From the NCBI GenBank assembly GCA_016874775.1, contig VGTJ01000004.1, positions 4,896 to 68,895 of the forward strand: 64,000 nucleotides of DNA. The letters are read 5' to 3'. Positions 9,424 to 17,813 of this stretch are shown one piece after another. Origin of the DNA: Deltaproteobacteria bacterium. GTDB taxonomy: Bacteria > Desulfobacterota > Binatia > Bin18. The notes under the pieces are model-generated. The model had not been told where the DNA came from, ran no database searches, and was given only the letters and a program-made list of their open reading frames with translations. The position numbers were made by a program, and so were the translations under genes. The number at the start of each line of letters is the position of its first letter. Position 1 is the stretch's first letter.

Positions 9424-10668
9424 TCACACGCTCAGTTCAGTTTGGCGTCCTCTCAGATCGGGTGCCGCGAGGGCAGGCGCGCCTTGTTGTTTCGACAAGC
9501 GAGCGAACCCTAACGTCCCGAGCACCCCCACCACAGCGCCAAAAACAAACAACAACCGTAGTCCAAAGATTTCTGCGAGTGTTCCTGCGAGTACCGGTCC
9601 CAACATCATACCAACACTCATCGCCATGTTTAGTACCCCCATGACCGCGCCCATACCGCTGTTTTGTCCTTCGTCGGCTGCGAGTGCGGTGAGAGCCGGC
9701 ATGGCCACTGCCATCAGGGCGCCAGTGAAAGCGCCAATGATTAATAGATGAATAAATCCTTGCGCGTACCATACTGCCAGAAATGCCAGCGAGCCAAGAT
9801 AGCCACCAAGCGAAACCAGGGTATGCCGGCTCATGCGATCGGCCAAACGGCCAGCCGGAACCTGCACGAGGGAGCTGACCAACATATGGGTGGCAATGAC
9901 GGTTCCGATCTGTGAGTTGTCCAATTGAAGAACTTCCGCTGCGAGTAATGGAAGAAAAGAAAACCACAACCCCATTTGAATCGAGTTGACCATGCGATAC
10001 AGGGCGAGCCCTTTGACCTTGGGTTGTTGCAGCAACTCTCGATACGAGGTTGGTTGGGCTTTGGCTTGGGCACTGCCGTGCGACTCCGGTAGCAGCAGTA
10101 ACACCGCTAGAAAAGATAAAAAGGTGAGTCCGCCCATCCAATAGAAACTTGCGGCAATACCGTAATGGTCGCTGATCCAGCCACCTGCAAGTGGTCCTAC
10201 GCCAAAACTGCTGGTGATAAACAAATTGAAAATCCCCAAATAGGTCCCGCGTTGCTGCGGTGGAGCGAGGTCCCCAACATAGGCCGAGGCGATCGGCAAG
10301 ACCAAGGCCATCATCCCGCCCTGGAAAAAACGTCCAACAATGAGATAGCCAATCGATGGTGCGTACACGTACCATAAGGACAGAATACTACTGAGGAACA
10401 AGCCGCAAACGATAAACCACTTGCGGCCGTGGCTATCTGACCAACGACTGATGAACGGCATGAAGAGCATTTGTGCTAGTGAAAAACTGGCAAAAAAGAC
10501 GCCGATGGTAACGCCGGTTGCTCCAAGCGTTTTGGCATAGATCGGCAAGAAGGGGATGACGATGCCAACGCCCAGCATACCGGTAAACACGGCGAAATTC
10601 AGAATGTAAAATGCGCGATAATTCACAATAACCTTACTCTTGTAGTCTACAAGCTTTCTACTATACAA
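9424..10668 (-). CDS. MFS transporter
   Basis: About 12 predicted hydrophobic helices. MFS loop motif SRWSDSHGRK. The start codon is uncertain (a TTG at 10668). The stop overlaps the 5' extension of the listed ExeA-like ORF. Confidence 0.8.
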   Translation of the reverse strand: MYSRKLVDYKSKVIVNYRAFYILNFAVFTGMLGVGIVIPFLPIYAKTLGATGVTIGVFFASFSLAQMLFMPFISRWSDSHGRKWFIVCGLFLSSILSLWYVYAPSIGYLIVGRFFQGGMMALVLPIASAYVGDLAPPQQRGTYLGIFNLFITSSFGVGPLAGGWISDHYGIAASFYWMGGLTFLSFLAVLLLLPESHGSAQAKAQPTSYRELLQQPKVKGLALYRMVNSIQMGLWFSFLPLLAAEVLQLDNSQIGTVIATHMLVSSLVQVPAGRLADRMSRHTLVSLGGYLGSLAFLAVWYAQGFIHLLIIGAFTGALMAVAMPALTALAADEGQNSGMGAVMGVLNMAMSVGMMLGPVLAGTLAEIFGLRLLFVFGAVVGVLGTLGFARLSKQQGAPALAAPDLRGRQTELSV

Positions 10669-10741
10669 GAGAAGTCGCGGCTTGTCGCTGCGCTTTTCAG
10701 GGGCGAGCCATTTCTGCTATAGGAAGCACACCAGGGAGGAA

Positions 10742-11896
10742 ATGCGCATGTTTAATCATCCGGTGATTTCTGCAGATGGACATATCGACTTGCCGTGGTT
10801 ACCACCGACGTTGTTCACTGCCAATGCACCCGCCGCGCTCAAAGACAAAATGCCGAAAGTTGTTGAAAGTCCCGAGGGAAAATCATGGGTTGCCCATAAC
10901 GGCGCGAATCTTGGGCTTGCGGGAGGAATGGGATCGGCAGGGCGTCAGTATGTTCCTGGCCAGATTTACCGGTCAGACCGGATGGCAGCCGAAGGGCTGT
11001 ATGAAGATTACAAACGCGGCATTTTCCGCACGTCTGATCCCAAATATCGCTTGTTAGACCAAGACCGAGATGGGGTAGTCGGGGAAGTCCTCTACGGTAT
11101 TCTCGGTGCCGCTTTCCGCTTACAAGATCCTGAAATCGTTGAGACTGTGGTCCGTATCTATAACGATTTTGCCGCGAATTTTGCCAAGGCTTGTCCTGAG
11201 CGTTTAGCGACGATTGCTTGTCTTCCGACTTTCTCTCCTGACAAAGCCGCCGATGAAGTGCGACGCTGCGCCAAGATGGGCATTAGAGGCGCTGAAATTC
11301 CGATCTCCCCAGGTATGATGCCGTTGTGGCATGAGAACTGGAATCCATTGTGGGAAGCTGCGCATGAGTGCCACATCCCGATTCACTTCCACACTATTGG
11401 TCCCAAGCAAGACATGAGTTGGTTGACCAACCATCGTTCGCGTCGTTTATGGCTCGCGACTCTACTCGCTGGTTTTCAGATGTCGATGGTTGAAGCGATG
11501 GCTGCGATTATTTACAGCGGCGCGCTCGAACGGTTGCCGAATCTCAAGATTGTCATCGGTGAAGCAGGCATTGGTTGGATTCCTTACGTGCTCGAACGGC
11601 TCGATTATGAATGGGAAGATCAATTCAAGGATCTCGATCTCAAAATGAAGCCCAGTGAGTATTGGTATCGCCAGATGTACGCAACCTACCAACAAGATCA
11701 GGCTGGTATCGATCAAATTGAGAAAGTTGGTGTGAACAACGTCATGTGGGGCTCAGACTTCCCGCACCCTGACGGCGTCTGGCCAGATTCGCAAGAATTC
11801 TTGCAAACGCAACTCGGACAACTCCCAGAAGCGACGCGACGAAAAGTCGTCTACGAAAACGTGGCGAAGTTGTATGGGTTTCCGATGAAGCAGTAA
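10742..11896 (+). CDS. Amidohydrolase-2 family protein
   Basis: VISADGHIDLPW near the N-terminus and GSDFPHPD near the C-terminus. The start is set at the ATG behind GGGAGGA. Confidence 0.8.
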   Translation: MRMFNHPVISADGHIDLPWLPPTLFTANAPAALKDKMPKVVESPEGKSWVAHNGANLGLAGGMGSAGRQYVPGQIYRSDRMAAEGLYEDYKRGIFRTSDPKYRLLDQDRDGVVGEVLYGILGAAFRLQDPEIVETVVRIYNDFAANFAKACPERLATIACLPTFSPDKAADEVRRCAKMGIRGAEIPISPGMMPLWHENWNPLWEAAHECHIPIHFHTIGPKQDMSWLTNHRSRRLWLATLLAGFQMSMVEAMAAIIYSGALERLPNLKIVIGEAGIGWIPYVLERLDYEWEDQFKDLDLKMKPSEYWYRQMYATYQQDQAGIDQIEKVGVNNVMWGSDFPHPDGVWPDSQEFLQTQLGQLPEATRRKVVYENVAKLYGFPMKQ

Positions 11897-11946
11897 CCGG
11901 GGCGTCGTGGGGCTACTGTAATGGTAGCCCCACTCTCTATATGAGT

Positions 11947-12351
11947 TTACTCCCCATAATATCGCGCTTCGATTTCATTCCCTTCAGGATCGCGAAAGTA
12001 AATCGACGTACCGTTCCCGCGTGCGCCCCAACGAGGGTGGGGACCATCGGTAGACACGCGATGGGTTTCGAGTCGTGCACAAAGTTTGCCCCATTCGCTT
12101 TTGTCTAGCGTCAGGCACAAGTGATTGAGGTTGCGTCGTGCGACTGAGCGGAGGTTGTTCTTTTCCCACATCGCTTTGGGGGCGATATCGATCAGCGTGT
12201 TTTCATTGATCCGGACGGAGGGAAAGAGCACTTTGCCTTGACGATATTCCTCGACGCGCTCTGGTGAGAGTTCAACGATATCAGTGTAAAACCGCACTAA
12301 CGCTTCAACATCTTCGGCGTTCAGCACTATGTGATCCAAGATGCCTTGCAT
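11947..12351 (-). CDS. VOC (glyoxalase/bleomycin-resistance/dioxygenase) family protein
   Basis: Single VOC module of 134 aa with DHIVLN, HLCL and YFRDPEGNEIE. Confidence 0.7.
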   Translation of the reverse strand: MQGILDHIVLNAEDVEALVRFYTDIVELSPERVEEYRQGKVLFPSVRINENTLIDIAPKAMWEKNNLRSVARRNLNHLCLTLDKSEWGKLCARLETHRVSTDGPHPRWGARGNGTSIYFRDPEGNEIEARYYGE

Positions 12352-12495
12352 ACTGTTCCTCCAGATCGATTATCGTGACGTTGTCTTAACTCACCACGGA
12401 TGCTTCCCGCAACTCCGTTACGCGCTGCTTGACCCACGTCTGACCTCTCTTATACAGTACCCTCGCTTTTAGCGAATACAACATGAGAGGAGACG

Positions 12496-13275
12496 GTGAT
12501 GAAAATCATTCCGATTCCTGTTTTAGCTGATAATTATGCGTACTTATTAATTGATGAAGCAACCAAAGAAGCCGGTGTGGTTGATCCGTCGGAGGCTGGG
12601 CCGGTAGCTGAGGCGGTCAAACGCGAGGGCGTGAAGTTTACTTCCATTATTAATACTCACCATCATTGGGACCATGTCGGTGGCAATGAAGAGTTGGTCA
12701 AAGAATTTCCCGGTCTCAAAGTCTATGGCCACAAGCGGGATAAAGACCGTACGCCAGCGATCACGAACATGGTTGATGAAGGCGATACGCTGCAGATCGG
12801 CAAACTCACGGCGCGTTTTCTCTTTATTCCATGTCATACCAGCGGTCACATCGCGCTGCATTTTCCGCAGGAGAAGGCGGTCTTTACCGGCGACACACTG
12901 TTCGTTGCGGGCTGTGGACGGCTATTTGAAGGCACCGCAGCCGACATGCACAGCAACATGGTGAAGCTCATGTCACTCCCTGATGACACGCGAGTCTATT
13001 GTGGGCATGAGTACACCGTCAAGAATCTTCAGTTTGCGTTAACCTTAGAGCCGCACAACGCCAAGCTCCAAGCCAAACTGCAATGGGCACAAGCGCAGCG
13101 GGCCAAGAATGTGCCGACGATTCCATCGACTGTTGCTGAAGAGAAAGATATCAACCCCTTCGTGCGCGTGAATAGCAGCGAGTTACAGGGGAACGTCAAA
13201 AAGCAATTCCCCGAGATTGCGCTTGATCCGGTCCTCGTGTTGGAGAAGACGAGGAATCTGAAGGATAAGTTCTAA
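12496..13275 (+). CDS. gloB: Hydroxyacylglutathione hydrolase (glyoxalase II), MBL fold
   Basis: LADNYAYLL, THHHWDHVGG, GHT.GH and DTLF..GCGR are all GloB hallmarks. GTG at 12496 and ATG at 12499 are alternative starts. Confidence 0.85.
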   Translation: MMKIIPIPVLADNYAYLLIDEATKEAGVVDPSEAGPVAEAVKREGVKFTSIINTHHHWDHVGGNEELVKEFPGLKVYGHKRDKDRTPAITNMVDEGDTLQIGKLTARFLFIPCHTSGHIALHFPQEKAVFTGDTLFVAGCGRLFEGTAADMHSNMVKLMSLPDDTRVYCGHEYTVKNLQFALTLEPHNAKLQAKLQWAQAQRAKNVPTIPSTVAEEKDINPFVRVNSSELQGNVKKQFPEIALDPVLVLEKTRNLKDKF

Positions 13276-13296
13276 CCAAGAAAGGAGTCAGTGGGC

Positions 13297-13426
13297 AGCA
13301 TTCAGTAGTCAGCGTGGAAAAAGAGTCGGAGGCGGGAAGACTCGGCGACAAGGCGTGTTGACTCACTGTTTCCCCGATTCTCCGGTTCTTCTTCAGTCTA
13401 CTGACTACTGGCTACTGAATGCTGGC
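13297..13426. repeat. Long imperfect hairpin built from CAGTAG/CTACTG-type short repeats
   Basis: GCAGCATTCAGTAGTCAG (13297-13314) is the reverse complement of CTGACTACTGGCTACTGAATGCTGGC (13401-13426), apart from one extra 7-nt unit. The loop carries a GAATCGG-type motif. Confidence 0.8.
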
Positions 13427-13446
13427 TACTTCTGCAGGAGAGAGTA

Positions 13447-14376
13447 ATGCCTCAAGTAAAGTTCGGCATCGGCCTTCCCAACGGTTTCCCGCGGAGTGAA
13501 GTGAATGCGACGGAGTATCTGGAAGTCGCTCTCAAAGCTGAAGAGTATGGCTATGACTCGGTCTGGGGTGGAGATCACATTGTGTTCCATATCCCACGCT
13601 TTGAGATCTTCACGACGTTGGCAGCAGTAGCGGCACGTACGAGCCGTATTAAGGTTGGCCCTGCGGTGTTGTTGTTGCCGTTGCGCAACCCGGTACATGT
13701 GGCGCAGACCGTCGCGACGTTGGATCATATTTCGGGTGGTCGATTCATCTTCGGTGTCGGCGTTGGCGGCGAACATCCGAAAGAGTTCATGGCGTCTGGC
13801 GTTCCTGTGAAAGAACGCGGAGCCCGGACCAATGAGGGTTTAGAAGTGCTGCGTCTATTGTGGACCGGCGAGCCGATCGCATTTCAGGGCAAGTATTATC
13901 GCTTTGATTCGATTGCCATGCAGCCAACACCATTGCAGCAGCCACATCCACCGATTTGGGTTGGTGGGCGCAGTGAAGGTGCTTTGCGACGGACCGTGAA
14001 ATTTGGCCAAGCGTGGGCACCGGCGTTTGTGACACCAGAACGATTTCTGCAAGGACGAACGCGACTCGATGAGCTGTGCCGTGAAGGGGGTCGTGATCCC
14101 AAAGATGTACAGTCTGCGGTCTACTGTTTTGCGAATGTTGGCACGAGTCGCACAGCCGCGTGGGAGGAAACTGGCGCGTTTTTGAGCAGCAACTACAACA
14201 TGGCAGCTAAGCCGTTTGAGCGCCTCGCTATCCACGGCACTCCAGAGGATTGTATCGCGCACACTCGTCGCTTTATCGACGCTGGGGCTGAATACATTGT
14301 TCTGCGCTTTGCCAGCCCGAACCCCGTGCAGCAACTCAAACGCTGGACAGAAGAGGTGATGCCGGGGCTGCGATGA
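13447..14376 (+). CDS. LLM-class F420-dependent oxidoreductase
   Basis: Luciferase-like fold blocks GYDSVWGGDH, GRFIFGVGVGG and PPIWVGG. Confidence 0.75.
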   Translation: MPQVKFGIGLPNGFPRSEVNATEYLEVALKAEEYGYDSVWGGDHIVFHIPRFEIFTTLAAVAARTSRIKVGPAVLLLPLRNPVHVAQTVATLDHISGGRFIFGVGVGGEHPKEFMASGVPVKERGARTNEGLEVLRLLWTGEPIAFQGKYYRFDSIAMQPTPLQQPHPPIWVGGRSEGALRRTVKFGQAWAPAFVTPERFLQGRTRLDELCREGGRDPKDVQSAVYCFANVGTSRTAAWEETGAFLSSNYNMAAKPFERLAIHGTPEDCIAHTRRFIDAGAEYIVLRFASPNPVQQLKRWTEEVMPGLR

Positions 14377-14425
14377 GACTGATGAGTGTTGCGTGGAACG
14401 TGAAACTTGGAATCTAGGACGGTAA

Positions 14426-14866
14426 ATGAATCGTAGAGTATCTTTCTACTGGCTACTGGCTACTGGCTACTGGCTACTTTTTCCTGCCTGTACACTTTTC
14501 GACAACACCAAGCTCGAACAACAGAAAGTACAGATCGAACGTCTCAGGCAAGAAAGCGCGCAGCTCAGGGCTGAAGCTGATGCGTTACAACACGAGCGTG
14601 AGACAGAAGAGAAAGAACGGGCCAATTGTAACAAAGCCTTTTCTTCCTTTGATGCAGCACGGAAAGCGACCAATGACGATGATGCGATTGCGCGCTATCG
14701 AGAAGGGCTCGACCTCTGCCCGAGTGATGAGGTGGCGCACAACGAGTTAGGAGAAGTGTATACTCGCGCAGGGCGATCTGACGATGCGCGTAGAGAGTTT
14801 GAAGCGGCCTTGACGCTCAATCCGAATTTTGCTCGTGCGCAGAAGAATCTGGATGCGTTACGGTAG
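14426..14866 (+). CDS. TPR-containing putative lipoprotein
   Basis: The N-terminal hydrophobic segment ends in FPAC. It is followed by a coiled-coil and TPR-like repeats (AIARYREGL, EFEAALTLNPNFARAQ). The signal-peptide core is encoded by a CTACTGG x4 tandem repeat. Confidence 0.55.
   Translation: MNRRVSFYWLLATGYWLLFPACTLFDNTKLEQQKVQIERLRQESAQLRAEADALQHERETEEKERANCNKAFSSFDAARKATNDDDAIARYREGLDLCPSDEVAHNELGEVYTRAGRSDDARREFEAALTLNPNFARAQKNLDALR
14446..14477. repeat. Perfect heptanucleotide tandem repeat (CTACTGG x4.5) inside a CDS
   Basis: Read directly: ctactgg ctactgg ctactgg ctactgg ctac. Translated as YWLLATGYWLL. Confidence 0.95.
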
Positions 14867-14877
14867 GGAGAAAATTC

Positions 14878-15621
14878 ATGGTTGTGACCACTGACTACGT
14901 GGACATCCCGGCTGAGAAAACGGTGATGCGTACCTTCGTTGCTGCGCCCAGAGTTGCGGGCCGTTACCCAGGGATTCTTTGTTATTCGGACATTTTTCAG
15001 TTGACCGGGCCAATGTTACGATCGTGTGTCCGCCTAGCCAGTTATGGATTTGTGGTAGCAGCCGCGGAAATTTATCATCGCACAGAGCCAGCAGGCGCGG
15101 TGATTCCCTTCGATGATGCCGGACGCACCCGCGGTTTAGATAACGCGACGAAAACTTTGGCTGCAGAATTTGATCGGGATTGTCGGACTGCGCTGGATTA
15201 TCTCGCTCAACACCCTGCAGTGGCACCAGGAAGAATTGGCGCTGCAGGATTCTGTTTCGGTGGGCACTTGGCATTTCGTGCGGCACTCCAACCAGAGGTC
15301 AAAGCAACGGTGTGTTTCTATGGCACTGGCATCCATAACGGCAAGTTAGGTAAAGATGCCGATGCCGGATCACTGCAACGAGCCAACGAAATCCGCGGTA
15401 AACTCTTGCTGGTATGGGGAACACTTGATCCCCACATTCCAGCAGAAGGGCGTGCTACTATTGCAGCCGCATTGCAAGCGAGTGGTACAGCATTTTCACA
15501 ACGACTCTATACGGCAGCGCATGCCTTCATGCGCGACGAAGGCCCGCGCTACGATCCCGAGGCGACTGACCAAGCTTTCATGGAGATGGTCGTGTTGTAC
15601 CGCGGGGTGTTTGCGGTGTAG
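14878..15621 (+). CDS. Dienelactone hydrolase family protein
   Basis: Alpha/beta-hydrolase DLH-like layout with the nucleophile-elbow-like GFCFGG. Length of about 247 aa. Confidence 0.8.
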   Translation: MVVTTDYVDIPAEKTVMRTFVAAPRVAGRYPGILCYSDIFQLTGPMLRSCVRLASYGFVVAAAEIYHRTEPAGAVIPFDDAGRTRGLDNATKTLAAEFDRDCRTALDYLAQHPAVAPGRIGAAGFCFGGHLAFRAALQPEVKATVCFYGTGIHNGKLGKDADAGSLQRANEIRGKLLLVWGTLDPHIPAEGRATIAAALQASGTAFSQRLYTAAHAFMRDEGPRYDPEATDQAFMEMVVLYRGVFAV

Positions 15622-15702
15622 CTTTCTGCTCGATTTCAGTTAGTGCTGCATGTTCTCACTTCAGTTTCTATGTTAGGAGTTAGCAGCGAGGAGTCTACGG
15701 AT

Positions 15703-16038
15703 ATGAGCAAAGAATACGTCTCTCAAATCGACGGAGCCTATCGCCTCACTGGAACGCGAGTGTCCCTTGACTCTATTGTGTATGCTTTTCTTGATGGGCA
15801 AACCGCAGAGAGTATCGCGCAATCGTTTCCAGTGCTCACGCTTGAGCAAGTCTATGGGGCGATTGCCTTCTATCTCGGGCATCGCACCGAAATCGACGCA
15901 TACCTAAAACAAGGGGAAGCAGACTTCGAGACCCTTCGCCAAGCCGCGCGGGCGGCAGATCCGATGTTTTATCAAAAGCTCGCGGACGCAAAGCGTCAAC
16001 GTCAGGGCACGGCTCATGAAGATACGGTTTCAAGCTGA
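15703..16038 (+). CDS. DUF433 domain protein (antitoxin-like partner of DUF5615)
   Basis: RVSLDSIVYAFLDGQTAESIAQSFPVLTLEQVYGAIAFYL matches the DUF433 core. The start is at MSKEY behind GAGGAG. It overlaps the next ORF by 23 nt. Confidence 0.8.
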   Translation: MSKEYVSQIDGAYRLTGTRVSLDSIVYAFLDGQTAESIAQSFPVLTLEQVYGAIAFYLGHRTEIDAYLKQGEADFETLRQAARAADPMFYQKLADAKRQRQGTAHEDTVSS

Positions 16039-16370
16039 CGCCGATCTCAATCAAATCACTGTATTGGCGACGACTCGTCGAGAACCTAGTCTCGACTTCC
16101 TGACAGCAAATGCAGCAGACCTAGCAGGTCGGAAAGATCCAGAGGTTTTAGCTATAGCAGCGAGAGAGGGACGAGTGCTTGTGTCGCATGATCAGAAAAC
16201 CATGCCACGGCACTTTGCAGAATTTATCGTTCACACCTCTTGTCCCGGTGTGCTTATCGTCCCACAACACTTGTCTATTGATTGCCACCGTTGTTGAGGA
16301 TCTCTTCCTCATCTGGTTTCTTACTGAGGCTGAGGAGTGGATAAATCGTATTCGCTATTTGCCTTCATAG
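16016..16370 (+). pseudogene. DUF5615 family PIN-like toxin gene with a frameshift near 16275-16285
   Basis: The N-terminal 86 aa are in frame 2 and end at ...PGVLIVPQHLSI, then DCHRC-stop. The expected family C-terminus (ATVVEDLFLIWFLTEAEEWINRIRYLPS) continues in the next frame and ends at 16370. Confidence 0.6.
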
Positions 16371-16514
16371 AGTGGGGTGCAAATGCGTAACTGAGCAGCG
16401 GTTAGATAAAACAGAAAGTTAGAATAGGTTTTAATGGTTGCTTCTTGTGTCCTTCTCTGCCCCGGTCTTGCTATGTTTCTTCCTTCTCCTGCATAATTTA
16501 CGAGAGGGACAATC

Positions 16515-16655
16515 ATGAGAGCTGCGAATCCGAAAGTCAAAATCGAACGCCCTGAGCGTGAACAGATCAGCCGAGAAGAAGCCTTGAATCGAGTTAAAGC
16601 GTTTCCCAAACGCAAAGAGAAGCTCATTGGCGCTATTAGAAAAGATACGCATTGA
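16515..16655 (+). CDS. Small basic ORF (46 aa), hypothetical
   Basis: ATG at 16515 preceded by GAGAGGGA. Sequence MRAANPKVKIERPEREQISREEALNRVKAFPKRKEKLIGAIRKDTH. It falls below the ORF-track cutoff. Confidence 0.25.
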   Translation: MRAANPKVKIERPEREQISREEALNRVKAFPKRKEKLIGAIRKDTH

Positions 16656-16697
16656 GCTTTTCATTCCGGATCTGCCGGATCCTTTTACGGTCGTCTC

Positions 16698-16958
16698 TTG
16701 GAGGAGTTAGGCGATGAATTAAGCTATACCTTCGGCGGTTGCACCGTGACTTCCACACAAGGCAAGTATCGTTCGACTGCTGGCTCTATCTTGCCTGACA
16801 AGATCAATATCCTTTTCACCGATACGCCCTTCTTGTGGGAGAAGGATCGGCTCTTACTTGAGCAATATACCACGGCCTTACAGCAGGTCGTGCAACAGGT
16901 TCTTAGGAATGAAGAGACCATTCTGATCTCTGTATATCCTGTTTATCACATCGAGTAG
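16698..16958 (+). CDS. Hypothetical protein, possibly the 3' part of a frameshifted gene
   Basis: The ORF has only a TTG start. A different frame just upstream reads RIELFIPDLPDPF without an ATG, which suggests a decayed gene. Confidence 0.3.
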   Translation: MEELGDELSYTFGGCTVTSTQGKYRSTAGSILPDKINILFTDTPFLWEKDRLLLEQYTTALQQVVQQVLRNEETILISVYPVYHIE

Positions 16959-17140
16959 TGAGCTATGACGTCCCACCATGTATGTTTACTTCCTGTTTCT
17001 CTCTTCTTATGCTGGTCACTGGTTTCTCGCCTATATCCTCGCTCTCCCTGCTGCGTAAGATGCAGGAGTATAGCGGGAGTATAGGTTGTATTGGTATCGC
17101 CACGAGCCGTGCCGTAGGCGCCGTTGAGAAAACGATAATG

Positions 17141-17184
17141 CGTCTAAGAGTCTGGGAGTCTAGGAGTCTGAGCGTCTCGGAGTC
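17141..17184. repeat. Tandem GAGTCT(N)G-type short repeats
   Basis: cgtctaagagtctgggagtctaggagtctgagcgtctcggagtc. Confidence 0.8.
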
Positions 17185-17194
17185 AATGAAAAGT

Positions 17195-17224
17195 GTAGGC
17201 CGGAATAAGCGCAGCGTTTCCGGC
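17195..17224 (+). repeat. REP-like palindromic element, copy 1 (GTAGGCCGGAATAAGCGCAGCGTTTCCGGC)
   Basis: Identical 30-mer at 17763..17792 and a near-identical reverse copy at 51228..51257. GCCGGAA/TTCCGGC forms the stem and GTAG forms the head. Confidence 0.85.
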
Positions 17225-17242
17225 AGAGATTTGAGGGAGCAC

Positions 17243-17653
17243 GTGGCCACGATCGTTTTTGCTGCACTCTGCTTTTTCCTATGTGCGACCGGACAAACGT
17301 TTGCGCAAGGAATATCTCCAGACGTTCGCCCAACTCCCTTAGTCCGACTGACTGGAGTCTTAGAGCTCGTCAAAGAAGCCCCACCCTCAGCATTCCCAGT
17401 GCTCAGAGTATGGATCGATGAACGCCCACACGTCTTTCGCGTGTCGCACGTAGAAGCCGTCTTTTCCGCCTATCGGGCACAAGAGCAAATCCGTCGTGTT
17501 CCTGGGTTAGGACTACGTTTCCTTGCAGAAAAAAAAGAGCTGCGGTTACTGCAAGCACCAGAGATGCACGATCGCCCAATTGTGATTGAAGGCTGGCTGC
17601 AACCAAAGAGAGGGATCTTACGAGTACGGTCAGTAAAAGCGACTGAGCCATGA
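17243..17653 (+). CDS. Secreted protein, distant third member of the 1760/2334 paralogue family
   Basis: GTG start behind GAGGGAG. Signal peptide ATIVFAALCFFLCATGQTFAQG. Similar block order (RLTG.L ... VEAV ... RP.VIEGWLQPKR..L.V.SV). The listed ORF 16958.. is extended through repeats. Confidence 0.5.
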   Translation: MATIVFAALCFFLCATGQTFAQGISPDVRPTPLVRLTGVLELVKEAPPSAFPVLRVWIDERPHVFRVSHVEAVFSAYRAQEQIRRVPGLGLRFLAEKKELRLLQAPEMHDRPIVIEGWLQPKRGILRVRSVKATEP

Positions 17654-17762
17654 GTTGAGACTCTGGCTGGTATGATACGCATTGCCTTTGCTTGGCTCCT
17701 TGGCGAACAGCAGATCCCTGTCTGCTACCAGCAATCCTCACTTTGACGTATCAAGCCTCGAC

Positions 17763-17792
17763 GTAGGCCGGAATAAGCGCAGCGTTTCCGGC
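17763..17792 (+). repeat. REP-like palindromic element, copy 2
   Basis: Exact repeat of 17195..17224. Confidence 0.85.
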
Positions 17793-17813
17793 TGTATGCT
17801 GAGGAAGAACGTC

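Noticed and set aside
16958-17242. N-terminal extensions of listed ORFs that run through intergenic repeats: 16958.., 17682.., 20657..21730, 55006.., 56020.., 32810.., 38710..39735 and 6994..8037.
   Set aside because: The extensions translate repeat arrays or REP elements (for example VGRNKRSVSG twice, and FFSFFIFHSTFFIL). They lack homology-like content. In each case an internal start with a good Shine-Dalgarno sequence precedes the conserved N-terminus.
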